Shown: positions 38,776 to 48,910, counted from the first letter of the stretch. The stretch: 64,000 nt of DNA from an uncultured SAR86 cluster bacterium (GCA_902589965.1 CACIUX010000005.1:7929-71928), one strand, 5' to 3'. Made by a program: numbers and translations. Notes: generated from the sequence alone by a model not told the origin.

Positions 38776-40413
38776 GTGGATTCGATAAATTCAGCAATTC
38801 TGCTGATAGATAGTTACTTTGGTAGCTCTCCGTGGTTTCCAGCTTTACTTTTGGGAACAGGTATTTTTTTTACTATCTATCTTAAATTCCCACAAATCAT
38901 TTTTTTTAACAGAGCTTGGAAAATTCTTTTTTCTGGAAATAAATATGAAGATAACAAAGGAGAAACCACACCTTTCCAAGCTTTAAGCACCGCTTTATCC
39001 GGAACAGTTGGAACTGGAAATATTGGAGGAGTGGCAATGGCAATCTTTATCGGTGGACCTGCTGCACTTTTTTGGATGTGGATTACTGCATTCTTAGGAA
39101 TGACAACTAAATATGTCGAAGTATCTTTAGCCCACAAATACAGGATCTCATTAGGAGACGGATCTATTGCCGGCGGTCCAATGTATTACATGCAAAATGG
39201 CTTAAAGTCTAAATGGTTGGGAATTATCTTTGCGTTTTGTTTATTAGTCACTACATTTGGTTCTGGGATGATGCCCCAAATAGACAATATCAGCAGTACG
39301 TTATTTTCCAGCTTTTCTATCCCTAATCTTACGACGTCAATTGTCATGACTTTCTTAGTTGGACTAGTGATAATTGGGGGGCTTAAAAGAATAGCTTCGG
39401 TTGCTGCTTCCATTGTGCCAACAATGGCCATAATTTATTTTATCGGTGCACTGAGTGTAATTTTTTATAACTATGAAAATATCCTTCCTACTTTTCAAAT
39501 GATATTCAGCGATATCTTTACGGGGACTTCGGTAGTCGGTGGATTTTTAGGTGCAAGCATAGCTACGGCTTTCAATTATGGAGTTGCAAGAGGACTATAT
39601 TCAAACGAGGCGGGTCAAGGCTCAGCACCTATTGCACATGCTACTTCAAAAACGACAGAATCTATTGAGGAAGGTTTTGTATCTATTCTCGAACCTTTTA
39701 TTGACACAATTGTAATCTGTACCCTCACCGGGCTGGTTATCCTTTCTTCAGGCGCATGGATAGAGAAGTATGAAAATAAATTCGAAAGAACAACTTTTTT
39801 TATTCTTGAAGGAAGTTTTGATGAAACTGACTCGGAAGAACTAATCGATTTCTTTCAAGGAAATAATAATTCCATCAACCTTCATTCTGGAGAAATAAGC
39901 ATTAAGTCAGGAAGGATTGAGGGAAATTATACTTTTATAAACAATAGATCGTTCGCTGAAGATATTATTATCTATGAAAATGAAAATTTATTTAACGGTG
40001 AAATTATCGTAAACGATGGCCTAGTTTCATCTGATGTAGATATCGTTGGAAAATCTTTAGTTAAATCCGCTGTGCTGACCAGTAAAGCATTTAATAAAGG
40101 TTTTTTTGGAGATTATGGAGAATATATTGTTACTTTGGGTCTTTTGTTGTTTGCGTTCAGCACAGTGGTGTCATGGTCTTACTATGGAGATCGATGCACC
40201 ATTTATTTATTCGGTAAAAAGTACGTTTTTCTATATAGGATTGTTTATATGTCAGCTTTTTTTATTGTTGGCACAGGTTGGATTGATACAGAAATAATAT
40301 GGAATTTTGCCCTGATTACTGTAGCTGCAGCTGCTTTACCAAACTTAATTGCCATTTTTCTACTTTCTAAAGAAATGAGAACTCTTCAAGATAATTACAC
40401 ACAATACAAGTAG
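38776..40413 (+). CDS. Alanine/glycine:cation symporter (AGCS) with large loop insertion
   Basis: GTVGTGNI.GVA, GGPAALFWMW, GGPMYY, RGLYSNEAGQGSAP.AH, FIDTIVIC. Confidence 0.95.
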   Translation: MDSINSAILLIDSYFGSSPWFPALLLGTGIFFTIYLKFPQIIFFNRAWKILFSGNKYEDNKGETTPFQALSTALSGTVGTGNIGGVAMAIFIGGPAALFWMWITAFLGMTTKYVEVSLAHKYRISLGDGSIAGGPMYYMQNGLKSKWLGIIFAFCLLVTTFGSGMMPQIDNISSTLFSSFSIPNLTTSIVMTFLVGLVIIGGLKRIASVAASIVPTMAIIYFIGALSVIFYNYENILPTFQMIFSDIFTGTSVVGGFLGASIATAFNYGVARGLYSNEAGQGSAPIAHATSKTTESIEEGFVSILEPFIDTIVICTLTGLVILSSGAWIEKYENKFERTTFFILEGSFDETDSEELIDFFQGNNNSINLHSGEISIKSGRIEGNYTFINNRSFAEDIIIYENENLFNGEIIVNDGLVSSDVDIVGKSLVKSAVLTSKAFNKGFFGDYGEYIVTLGLLLFAFSTVVSWSYYGDRCTIYLFGKKYVFLYRIVYMSAFFIVGTGWIDTEIIWNFALITVAAAALPNLIAIFLLSKEMRTLQDNYTQYK

Positions 40414-40422
40414 AACTAAGAT

Positions 40423-40444
40423 AAATATAGAGGTTGGTGTTATC
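40423..40444 (+). repeat. 22-bp direct repeat, copy 2 (intergenic, between short imperfect direct repeats)
   Basis: AAATATAGAGGTTGGTGTTATC, identical to 3611-3632; flanked by GAACTAAGAT (40413-40422) and GTACTAAGGT (40445-40454). Confidence 0.95.
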
Positions 40445-40464
40445 GTACTAAGGTAATCAGTAAT

Positions 40465-42504
40465 TTAGGAACCCACTAAGCTTATAAAGAAGGTAAAGTC
40501 TTCCGAAGTTTCCTTTAATACTGAAGTCTTTCCACTTAAGCCTCCATGACCACCTATTAAGTTTATTCTAAAGAGAATTTTATTATTTGAAGTAGAAAGG
40601 TCTCTCATTTTAGCAACATATTTTGCAGGCTCGTAGTATTGAACTTGTGAATCGAATAGCGAAGAAGTTACCAGAATGTTCGGATACGGTAGATTGGATA
40701 AATTATCGTAGGGTGAATAACTCTTCATATAGTCGTAATCTTTTTTATTATTTGGATTGCCCCATTCATCGTATTCGAAAGTTGTTAATGGAATAGTTTC
40801 ATCAAGCATGGTCGTAACAACATCCATGAAAGGGACTGCAGCTAAAATACCCTTATATAAATGCGGAGCTTCGTTTGCTATAACACCCATTAATAAACCT
40901 CCGGCACTGCCTCCCATAGCGAAAACATTATCTTTATCTCCAAAACCTTTTTTTAAACATCCTTGAGTTACATCGATAAAATCATAAAAGGTATTTTTCT
41001 TCTGATGCATGCGTCCATTTTCATACCAATGTTTACCCATTTCAGATCCGCCTCGAATATGCGCTAAAACAAATATAAAGTTTTCTTCTAATAAGGGCAC
41101 AATGCTGGAACGGAAATTAGCATCAATTATGTGGCCGTAAGATCCGTATCCATAAAATAGTACGGGTTTTTTATGTAATGGGATCCCGTTATCCTTATAA
41201 ACAAGAGATGCTGGAACTTTTGTGTTGTCTCTAGATTTTAATGAAAGTCTTTCAACTTTTAAGCCTTTTGTCTCGCACTTAATTTTTGATTTCCAAATAA
41301 CGGATCTTCTACCAGAAACTAAAAATTGCTTATAAACAGTCTCTGGTTTATTGAGCGATGAATACGCAAAACAAAAATAATCAGCATTTGGATCATGATT
41401 GCCCGCTAGAGAAACGTCATAACACGGCTCATCAAATTTAATGTATTCATGGGTCCTGTTTTTGGTATTAATTTTTAATATCCGAGGAAGACCGTTTTCT
41501 CTTACATCAAGAAGAATATGATCTTTAAATATTTCGAAATCCAATAGATATCTTTTTTTACTTTCTTTGAGAACCGTTTTCCATTTTTTAAATTGATGAC
41601 AAACGGATAAATCAGAATATTTGAGTGAAAAGTTATCCTGACCACCCATGTTTGTCATGACATAAAAAGTATTATTAAAAATATCTACGTAATATTTATG
41701 TTTTTTCTTTCTTTTAAGAATTAATTTTAATTTGGTTGGATTATTTAATGAGAAGAATCGAACCTCATTTGCATTAGTCTGGCTTGAATAAATAAAGCCA
41801 TATTCTTTATCCCTTGAAATTCCTAAACTGCAATGAAATTGTGGATCAGTTTCTTCAAATAAAAGTATGTCATTTTTTTGAGAGGTTCCAATTGTATGAA
41901 GAAAGACTTTATTGCTTGTTAATGTCGTTTCATCCCTTTTAATGTAAATAATATTCTTTGAGTTTTTAGACCAAATAAATTGTCCATCCGTTCCGGAAAT
42001 TTTATCTGGAAGGTTTTCTCCGCTATTTAGATTTTTAACTTTGATCGTGTATTCTCTGCGACCATTTATATCTTCAGCGTATGCCAAAGATCGATTATCC
42101 TTGGAAGGCGAAACACCTGAAACTTGATAGAACTTTTTATTTTTAGCTAACTTATTGATATCTAAAATTAATTCTTTCTTTGAATTTCTTTTTTTTGATC
42201 GATAGTATTTTCTGTACTCATTTTTTTTTAGAGATTCCGAAAAGTAAAAAAATCCATCTCTTTCTATCTTTAAAGACTCATCTCTAGTCGGAATGTAGTC
42301 CTTTAGTTTTTTGAAGTATTTATTTGAAATAAATGTTTGAGTTTTGATCCAATCATCATGGTAAGCGCGCTCAGTTTTTAAATAATTGAGGACTGCTTTA
42401 TTTTTTCTAGTATCATCTCTGAGCCAGTAATAGTTATCAATTCTTAAGTCGTTATGTTTTTTTAAAACTTTCTTGACTTTTTTTGCTTTAGGTAATGACT
42501 TCAT
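40465..42504 (-). CDS. ptrB: Oligopeptidase B (S9A)
   Basis: D.YYWLRDD, YGYGSYG, GGSAGGLLMG, PLTT.EYDEWGNP, DSQVQY.EPAKY, GHGG.SG. Confidence 0.95.
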   Translation of the reverse strand: MKSLPKAKKVKKVLKKHNDLRIDNYYWLRDDTRKNKAVLNYLKTERAYHDDWIKTQTFISNKYFKKLKDYIPTRDESLKIERDGFFYFSESLKKNEYRKYYRSKKRNSKKELILDINKLAKNKKFYQVSGVSPSKDNRSLAYAEDINGRREYTIKVKNLNSGENLPDKISGTDGQFIWSKNSKNIIYIKRDETTLTSNKVFLHTIGTSQKNDILLFEETDPQFHCSLGISRDKEYGFIYSSQTNANEVRFFSLNNPTKLKLILKRKKKHKYYVDIFNNTFYVMTNMGGQDNFSLKYSDLSVCHQFKKWKTVLKESKKRYLLDFEIFKDHILLDVRENGLPRILKINTKNRTHEYIKFDEPCYDVSLAGNHDPNADYFCFAYSSLNKPETVYKQFLVSGRRSVIWKSKIKCETKGLKVERLSLKSRDNTKVPASLVYKDNGIPLHKKPVLFYGYGSYGHIIDANFRSSIVPLLEENFIFVLAHIRGGSEMGKHWYENGRMHQKKNTFYDFIDVTQGCLKKGFGDKDNVFAMGGSAGGLLMGVIANEAPHLYKGILAAVPFMDVVTTMLDETIPLTTFEYDEWGNPNNKKDYDYMKSYSPYDNLSNLPYPNILVTSSLFDSQVQYYEPAKYVAKMRDLSTSNNKILFRINLIGGHGGLSGKTSVLKETSEDFTFFISLVGS

Positions 42505-42596
42505 AATATTTAATTGTCTTTTATTCTTTGATCTCTATAATCCGCAAACATTAAGGATGATTATTTTAAAAACTTTCACTTTCTAAGGAGCTTTAT

Positions 42597-45500
42597 ATGA
42601 AATTTTTCCATCACCTCTTAATTGCATTCTTTTTATTTTCCGCAAACTTTTTCGCACAATCTGACAACGAAGATTATACGCTTGAGGAGATAATTGTAAC
42701 CGCTCAAAAAACAGAAAAATCACTTCAAGATGTTCCTATAGCTGTTTCCGCTTTATCAGCCGATGATTTGGCATTGAGACAAGCAGTGAGATTTACTGAT
42801 TTACAACTTAACGTTCCTAATCTCAGTTATTCAGAGACTAACTTTGGAGGTAGTTCCGTATCAATCAGAGGTATAGGTAGACTTGCTACAGGAATTTCAT
42901 TTGACCAATCAGTGACCACTCACATTAATGAATCTCCTTGGGGAGAAAATACCAATGTTGCAACTATGTTTGATATGGATAGAGTTGAAGTCTTGAGAGG
43001 TCCTCAAGGTACTCTTTTCGGAAGAGGAACAACAGCTGGATTAGTTAATTTGGTTACCAAAAGGCCATCCGTTGATACAGGTCTTGATGGCTATGCAGGT
43101 TTTACAATTGGTGAATACGATTTAAAAACGTTTGAAGGAGCAATAAATATTCCTTTAGATGAAAATTTTGCTGTAAGGGCCGCTTACACTCAAACAGAAA
43201 GAGATGGATTTACTGAGAACCTCTATGAACCATTGGGCGGTACTTTTGATGGTCGAGATCATTATGTGGGAAGAATTTCTCTAAGATATGATTCTGGAAA
43301 TACTGTAGTTGATTATATGTACCAAGAGCACGAGGAAGAAAGTACCAGAACACTTCGAACAAATTATGTCTGTACTCCCGATACTAATATTGCAAGAGGT
43401 TGCGCCTTAGGCGGCGAAGGAATCGGAATAGCTAATCCAGCTGCGACCTACAATGGAATCCTTGGAGCAGTTTTTCTAGAATCAGGGCCCTTGGGTGCAA
43501 ATACAGCAACTTACACAGCGTTTGGTCTTAATGATGTTCCGAGACCTGCAAACATGACTCTTAGGCAGACTCATAGTGATTTCGCTCCTATATACGATAG
43601 GCATTCTGGTACTCATCAGCTTAACATATCTCACGATTTGGAGGATGGAATTGTGTCATTAAATGTTATGTCACGAGAATCATCATCATACACAAGAATG
43701 GATACAACTTTGGCAGTTGAACCTTTGATTGGTGTAAAAATTTCTGATGATCCCCTTACTTATCTTGGAGGTTTAGTTTCGGTTGATATGCTTGATCACT
43801 GCGTTGGAGATCAATGCGGAAAAAAAGGTCCTACGCAAGTAGAAAGACTGAGCGGTCAATCTGGCAAGTATGTTTTACAGACTACTAACAGAAACTCATT
43901 CATTGACGGATCTAGTAATGAACAAGCAACTGAATATCTCGAACTTAAATACAGTTCTGATCTAGATGGTATTTTTAATTTCATAGTCGGTGTAAATCAT
44001 TATGGTCATTATGAAGATGATAGTTATCTGACAACTTCATCTCCTTTAACGCTTCTAGGAGATGCCCAATTTTTTGTTCCTACTACATTTGGTGATATTA
44101 ATGAGTATGAGTTAGAGGCCAGCGGTCTATTTGGAGAACTTTACTTTGATGTCAGAGATGATTTGAGAATTACTCTTGGTTTGCGATACGGAGAAGAGAA
44201 AAAAATTAACGATATCGTAACGACAAATTATGGACAAGCAAGAAATGTCGGCGCATTTGCTGGCGTGCCTTGGTTGTTGGTCGATGGAGATTTATATAAC
44301 TGTTTCGAGGGTATTGCAGGAGCTTTTGGTCAAGCACCAGACCTTGGCGTTATCGGTCAGATTTTATCTGGTCAATCATCAAACGGTTGTGGAGCAGGTG
44401 AGCAAGAAACCATTGATCTTTATCAAGTTTCAGCTCAAGTTAATGCTGCATCTACTGCTTTAGCAGGTGGTATTGCTGCAGCTGGCTTAATTACAGATCC
44501 TCAACAACAAGCTTTAGCAACTGGAACGGCTTATGCGACTTACTTTATGAGTGTTAAAGATTTGGTTCCTCCGCTCTATGATAGAAGCGAAAATTATAAT
44601 ATTCCTGGCTGGGAGTCTTATAAAAAGAATAAACTAGATTACACAACAACGGCTGGAAGATTAATCGTTGATTATACTTTCGGTGATGATTCTCTTTTGT
44701 ATGCTTCTTATTCCAGAGGAACTAAACCTGCAGGCATTAATCCTCCAATTAACCCAAGAATTTATGAAAAGGGTTTAATTCCTGCAAACACAGTAGAGGA
44801 AAAAGTTGATGCATTTGAATTGGGAATCAAGTCAATTTTGCTCAACGGTCAAATGAGACTGAATACTTCGATTTTTTACAACAAGTATACCGATATGCAA
44901 ATATCAAGGATTCTTGCTACTACAACTTTTAATTTCAATATTGACTCAGAAAATTTTGGGGCTGAAATAGAAATGGATTTCGTTCCTGCTGCAATTCCAA
45001 ATCTGAGGTTAGATTTTATGTTTGCCTACATAAACACAAAAATCCAAGATGACGAGCTTACAATTGATCCGTTCAACATTGCAGCTCAAGGTACGCCTTA
45101 TTTTGATGCCAGCAATACTATTTACAAATGTATTGATCTTTTTTATGAAGGTGAGGGTTGTGTTGCAAACACCTTTATTGCTGATAAAGATCTTGTCAAT
45201 TCAGTTCAAGCTGTCTTAGCCAGTTTGGATGCTTGGTTACCAGTTCCTGGAACAACTCAAGCAGACGGCCATCCAATTTATATGTCTAGGGTGGCATTAT
45301 CAGCTCTTGGAATACCAACTTCTACAGGCGTGAAGCAAAGTATTGATGGCAATCGTCTTCCTAATACGCCAGAAATGACAACTTCATTAGGACTTTCTTA
45401 CAATTTTGAAATTGGTAACGGCATCTCAATTGTTCCAAATATTTACTACTATTATCAAAGCGATATGTACGTAAATGAATTTAACAATGATTTATACGGT

Positions 45501-45707
45501 AAGGTTGATGCTTGGGATGAAATAAATATTGGTTTAACGGTAGGAGACGTTGAAAATCAATGGTATTTCAGATTTTTTTCAAGAAATGCTCTCAATGAGG
45601 ATAATATAACTTGGAAATATAACTCAACTGACGTGACCGGTAATTTCCAAAGTTATTTCTTAAGAGATCCAAGGGTAACTGGAATAGAGTATAGATATAA
45701 TTTTTAA
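42597..45707 (+). CDS. TonB-dependent receptor (1036 aa)
   Basis: LEEIIVTAQK TonB box, SLQDVPIAV, RVEVLRGPQGTLFGR, C-terminal YNF. Confidence 0.96.
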   Translation: MKFFHHLLIAFFLFSANFFAQSDNEDYTLEEIIVTAQKTEKSLQDVPIAVSALSADDLALRQAVRFTDLQLNVPNLSYSETNFGGSSVSIRGIGRLATGISFDQSVTTHINESPWGENTNVATMFDMDRVEVLRGPQGTLFGRGTTAGLVNLVTKRPSVDTGLDGYAGFTIGEYDLKTFEGAINIPLDENFAVRAAYTQTERDGFTENLYEPLGGTFDGRDHYVGRISLRYDSGNTVVDYMYQEHEEESTRTLRTNYVCTPDTNIARGCALGGEGIGIANPAATYNGILGAVFLESGPLGANTATYTAFGLNDVPRPANMTLRQTHSDFAPIYDRHSGTHQLNISHDLEDGIVSLNVMSRESSSYTRMDTTLAVEPLIGVKISDDPLTYLGGLVSVDMLDHCVGDQCGKKGPTQVERLSGQSGKYVLQTTNRNSFIDGSSNEQATEYLELKYSSDLDGIFNFIVGVNHYGHYEDDSYLTTSSPLTLLGDAQFFVPTTFGDINEYELEASGLFGELYFDVRDDLRITLGLRYGEEKKINDIVTTNYGQARNVGAFAGVPWLLVDGDLYNCFEGIAGAFGQAPDLGVIGQILSGQSSNGCGAGEQETIDLYQVSAQVNAASTALAGGIAAAGLITDPQQQALATGTAYATYFMSVKDLVPPLYDRSENYNIPGWESYKKNKLDYTTTAGRLIVDYTFGDDSLLYASYSRGTKPAGINPPINPRIYEKGLIPANTVEEKVDAFELGIKSILLNGQMRLNTSIFYNKYTDMQISRILATTTFNFNIDSENFGAEIEMDFVPAAIPNLRLDFMFAYINTKIQDDELTIDPFNIAAQGTPYFDASNTIYKCIDLFYEGEGCVANTFIADKDLVNSVQAVLASLDAWLPVPGTTQADGHPIYMSRVALSALGIPTSTGVKQSIDGNRLPNTPEMTTSLGLSYNFEIGNGISIVPNIYYYYQSDMYVNEFNNDLYGKVDAWDEINIGLTVGDVENQWYFRFFSRNALNEDNITWKYNSTDVTGNFQSYFLRDPRVTGIEYRYNF

Positions 45708-45716
45708 TCTTTAAAT

Positions 45717-45751
45717 AAAAAAGCCTCCCTTATTATTGAAGGAGGCTTTTT
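45717..45751 (+). terminator. Intrinsic terminator
   Basis: AAAAAGCCTCC-loop-GGAGGCTTTTT after the TBDR stop. Confidence 0.9.
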
Positions 45752-45821
45752 ATATCTAAATAATTGATCAAATATGTTACAAAAACGTTTAATTTTGTCT
45801 ATTTTTACTATAAATTAACGC

Positions 45822-45895
45822 TAATACGTTTAAGAAAGGAGTCTTAAATAGTATTAACAAGGAAGTTATCAACTCAAAACACAAAGGGGAATGTT
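45822..45895 (+). promoter_or_regulatory. 5' leader with three GGA-loop hairpins (CsrA/RsmA-like sites)
   Basis: TTTAAGA-AAGGAG-TCTTAAA (45829-45848); TAAC-AAGGAA-GTTA (45855-45868); AACA-CAAAGGGGAA-TGTT over the SD (45878-45895). Confidence 0.6.
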
Positions 45896-48800
45896 ATGAG
45901 TATAAAAAAATTATTATCGCCATTATTGATATTGGCACTCATTTTCACTGGATATTCGATAGCGCAAGACAATGCTCTTGAAGAAGTAACCGTAACATCG
46001 CAAAGACAAGAACAAAGTCTTCAAGACGTTCCTTTAGCTGTGACAGCTTTTAATGCAGATGATTTGCTTGAACAGCAAATTGAGGAAGCTTCGGATCTTC
46101 AACTTGTGGTTCCTGGATTGACTTTTGCACCCACTGCTTTTTCTGGCGGTGGTGGATTTGATATTCGTGGAATTACTAATTTAGCCGTTGCAGCTTCTGC
46201 AGATGCTGGAGTTGCAATCCACATGAATGACTTAGCATTAGGTTCAACAACTTTGCAGGATGGAACATTCTTTGACATGCAGAGAATAGAGGTTATCAGA
46301 GGACCAGCAGGAACCTTATTTGGAAGAAATTCAGTTGGTGGCGCCATCAACATGATTACTGCAAAAGGGGACACGTCTGGTTATTACGGTAATGCAAGTA
46401 TCGATATTGCTGACTATAACGGACTGAAAACAACCTCAACTTTTAATATTCCATTAGACGATAAAGTGGCTTTGAGACTTGCCACATCTACTCTTAAAAG
46501 AGACGGTTATATGGAAAACATTTACTCTGTTCAAAAAGATCAAGATGTTGATGGAAGAAATCAAGTAGCTTATCGAGCTACTTTAACTTTTGAGCCAACT
46601 GACAATACTACAATCCATATTATCCATAACGCAGAAATTGAAGATTCAACCAGAACATTAGGTGGTAACGTATACTGTAAAAGAGATACATCTTTTGTAA
46701 CGGGTTGTACTCGTACTTCTGAGCGAGCATTTGAGTTAACCCACCCTATGGGAACTTACGTTGAAAACTTGATGGTTGCTATGGGAGTATTGGATTTTAC
46801 TACAACAACTGATATGTCTGGTGCTCCTCAAGGATTCAGACAAGTAAATACTCGTGGTAATTCTCTCTATCAAGTTGATCAATACACTACGCAACTTCTC
46901 ATAGAGCACAGCGTTGATGATATTGATATTTCAATAGGTGCTCACTCAAAAGATAGAACTTTCATGAGAATGTCTGCTTATGCCTCTCCTGAAATGCAAA
47001 CTTTAAGATTTAAAAATACTCCTGCCACCCCTGGTGGTTTGATCAATATGTCAGGGTACGGTCCAGGATGTGATTTAGACGCAGGAACTCTTGGTGCTTA
47101 CGGTGGTTGTGTCATGGATACAATAAATTATCCAACAGGCGGAGATAGACCAGAATCAGACGTTGATACAAAAGTACTTGAATTAAAAGTGAGTTCTTCA
47201 TTCGATGGAAATGTAAACTTCCTAGCCGGTTACACTTACTATGATAATGCTTCCATTACCTTATACGATGTATATGCAAGTGGATTGGATGTCTTAGCTC
47301 AAGCACCGCCAGCATTATTGGCGGGTCCTGCTGCTGCTCTAGGCGCACAACTTTATCCAAGTTTATTCAGAACAAATGATAAAGGAACTATTGAATCGCA
47401 AGCAGTTTTTGGAGAACTTTATTATGAGCCGAGAGAAGACTTAAAACTTACTTTTGGTCTTAGATATAATGAAGATGAAAAAACAAGCTTAAGTAGAATT
47501 GCATTTGTTAACGTTTTAGGTTTTTCTAAAGGTCGAGCTACTGACTTAGGAGTAAATCTTCTGACAGAAGGAGCCATACCAACTGCTGCTGCTTTCGAAG
47601 CTTTTGCTTGTGGAAACTTTGAGCAAGGATTTTGTCCCCTTTTAGGAAGTGTTCCTGATTATGGAGAAGCTTATATCGCAACTACAGGTCTGGATCCGTA
47701 TATGGAATTTAGTGCCATGACCGGAAGATTTGTCGTTGATTATTTTGTCGATGAAAACTCGTTGATTTATGTAAATTTATCTAAAGGTTTCAAAGGCGGA
47801 GGTTTTAACCCTGCTCTTGATCCCTTAATTTTCCCTAACACACCTCAAATATTCCCAGCCTCTGATCTTATATCGCTTGAATTTGGGTTTAAAACAGAGT
47901 TCCCAGAACAAGGCGTTCGTCTGAACGGAGCTGTCTATGCATATGATGCTGAAAATTATCACATCACAAAAATTATGAATAAAACCTCAATTAATGAAGG
48001 TATTGATGTTGATATTATGGGTCTAGAATTAGAGTTGTTATACGCTCCTCCTTCAGTCCCAGGCCTTGCTCTGAATGCTTCTTTAGCAATGACCGAGTCA
48101 ACAATTGCTGATGGTGTTTCGGCGCTTGATCCAGTACAACCGGATGGAGCATTTTCAGGACATCCAGACAGCAAAAACTGGCATTTAATGAAAGATGAAC
48201 TTTCAACCATGTTTATTATGAGAAAAGATGCATTGCAAGCTGTTTATGGAGCTTGGTTGCAAGAAACTCTTACAGGTGGGGCAGCTCAAACTGGATTGGA
48301 TGCTATTGAAGTTCTTACGGCTGGTGCCACAACTACAGCTGATTTAATGGCGGCATTAATACCTGCTGAGTTCCACGGAGATAGAACTTACGGCCAACCA
48401 ACACCTGTCAGTTATTTGGTTCCTGCCTTAGGTTTAAGTCCTGCTGAGGGTCATTTACCTTCTCTAGGTGTTCAAGCCGGTATGAGAACCATGGCTCAAT
48501 TAATGGGTTTTGATCCTGCAGCTGTTGTTTCTGAAGGTCTCGAAACAGATATCTCAGGAAATTCATTAGTTCACCCTGACTCATCAGCAAACATAGGTAT
48601 TTCTTATACAGCTCAAGCAGGAAGTGTGAACGTAACAACAAGACTAGATGTAGCGTATCAAGGTGCAAGGTATGTACGTATATTTAATCTCCCAGAGGAT
48701 CAAATTGATTCTTGGTTAGAATCAAATTTACAAATTACTGTTACACCTGCAAATGATGACAGTTGGTATGTACAATTTTACGGTCAGAACATTACCGATG

Positions 48801-48910
48801 AACTTAACGTTACCGGCATTGGCCTTGGTGATGCTTCAGTAGGCCAAACTAGAGGAGTTACTGTTAGAGATCCTCAAGTCTTTGGAATTAGAGTTGGTTA
48901 CAATTTCTAA
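45896..48910 (+). CDS. TonB-dependent receptor (1004 aa)
   Basis: LEEVTVTSQRQEQSLQDVP, RIEVIRGPAGTLFGRN, GFKGGGFN, C-terminal GYNF. Confidence 0.96.
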   Translation: MSIKKLLSPLLILALIFTGYSIAQDNALEEVTVTSQRQEQSLQDVPLAVTAFNADDLLEQQIEEASDLQLVVPGLTFAPTAFSGGGGFDIRGITNLAVAASADAGVAIHMNDLALGSTTLQDGTFFDMQRIEVIRGPAGTLFGRNSVGGAINMITAKGDTSGYYGNASIDIADYNGLKTTSTFNIPLDDKVALRLATSTLKRDGYMENIYSVQKDQDVDGRNQVAYRATLTFEPTDNTTIHIIHNAEIEDSTRTLGGNVYCKRDTSFVTGCTRTSERAFELTHPMGTYVENLMVAMGVLDFTTTTDMSGAPQGFRQVNTRGNSLYQVDQYTTQLLIEHSVDDIDISIGAHSKDRTFMRMSAYASPEMQTLRFKNTPATPGGLINMSGYGPGCDLDAGTLGAYGGCVMDTINYPTGGDRPESDVDTKVLELKVSSSFDGNVNFLAGYTYYDNASITLYDVYASGLDVLAQAPPALLAGPAAALGAQLYPSLFRTNDKGTIESQAVFGELYYEPREDLKLTFGLRYNEDEKTSLSRIAFVNVLGFSKGRATDLGVNLLTEGAIPTAAAFEAFACGNFEQGFCPLLGSVPDYGEAYIATTGLDPYMEFSAMTGRFVVDYFVDENSLIYVNLSKGFKGGGFNPALDPLIFPNTPQIFPASDLISLEFGFKTEFPEQGVRLNGAVYAYDAENYHITKIMNKTSINEGIDVDIMGLELELLYAPPSVPGLALNASLAMTESTIADGVSALDPVQPDGAFSGHPDSKNWHLMKDELSTMFIMRKDALQAVYGAWLQETLTGGAAQTGLDAIEVLTAGATTTADLMAALIPAEFHGDRTYGQPTPVSYLVPALGLSPAEGHLPSLGVQAGMRTMAQLMGFDPAAVVSEGLETDISGNSLVHPDSSANIGISYTAQAGSVNVTTRLDVAYQGARYVRIFNLPEDQIDSWLESNLQITVTPANDDSWYVQFYGQNITDELNVTGIGLGDASVGQTRGVTVRDPQVFGIRVGYNF

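Noticed and set aside
38519-38776. Glycine riboswitch ahead of the AGCS symporter
   Set aside because: No non-coding space; the gene follows glutaredoxin by 2 bp.
3611-40444. 22-bp direct repeats as attL/attR of a 36.8-kb integrated element
   Set aside because: The enclosed DNA holds essential core genes (metG, rne, fab, tmk, holB) and most of the gsp operon, and there is no integrase.
40413-40480. CRISPR array
   Set aside because: Only two 10-bp imperfect repeats (a third ACTAAG at 40475 is off-period and inside ptrB); no cas genes. Kept only as an unexplained repeat unit.
45760-45782. CRP or FNR site upstream of receptor 2
   Set aside because: Only one half-site matches either consensus.
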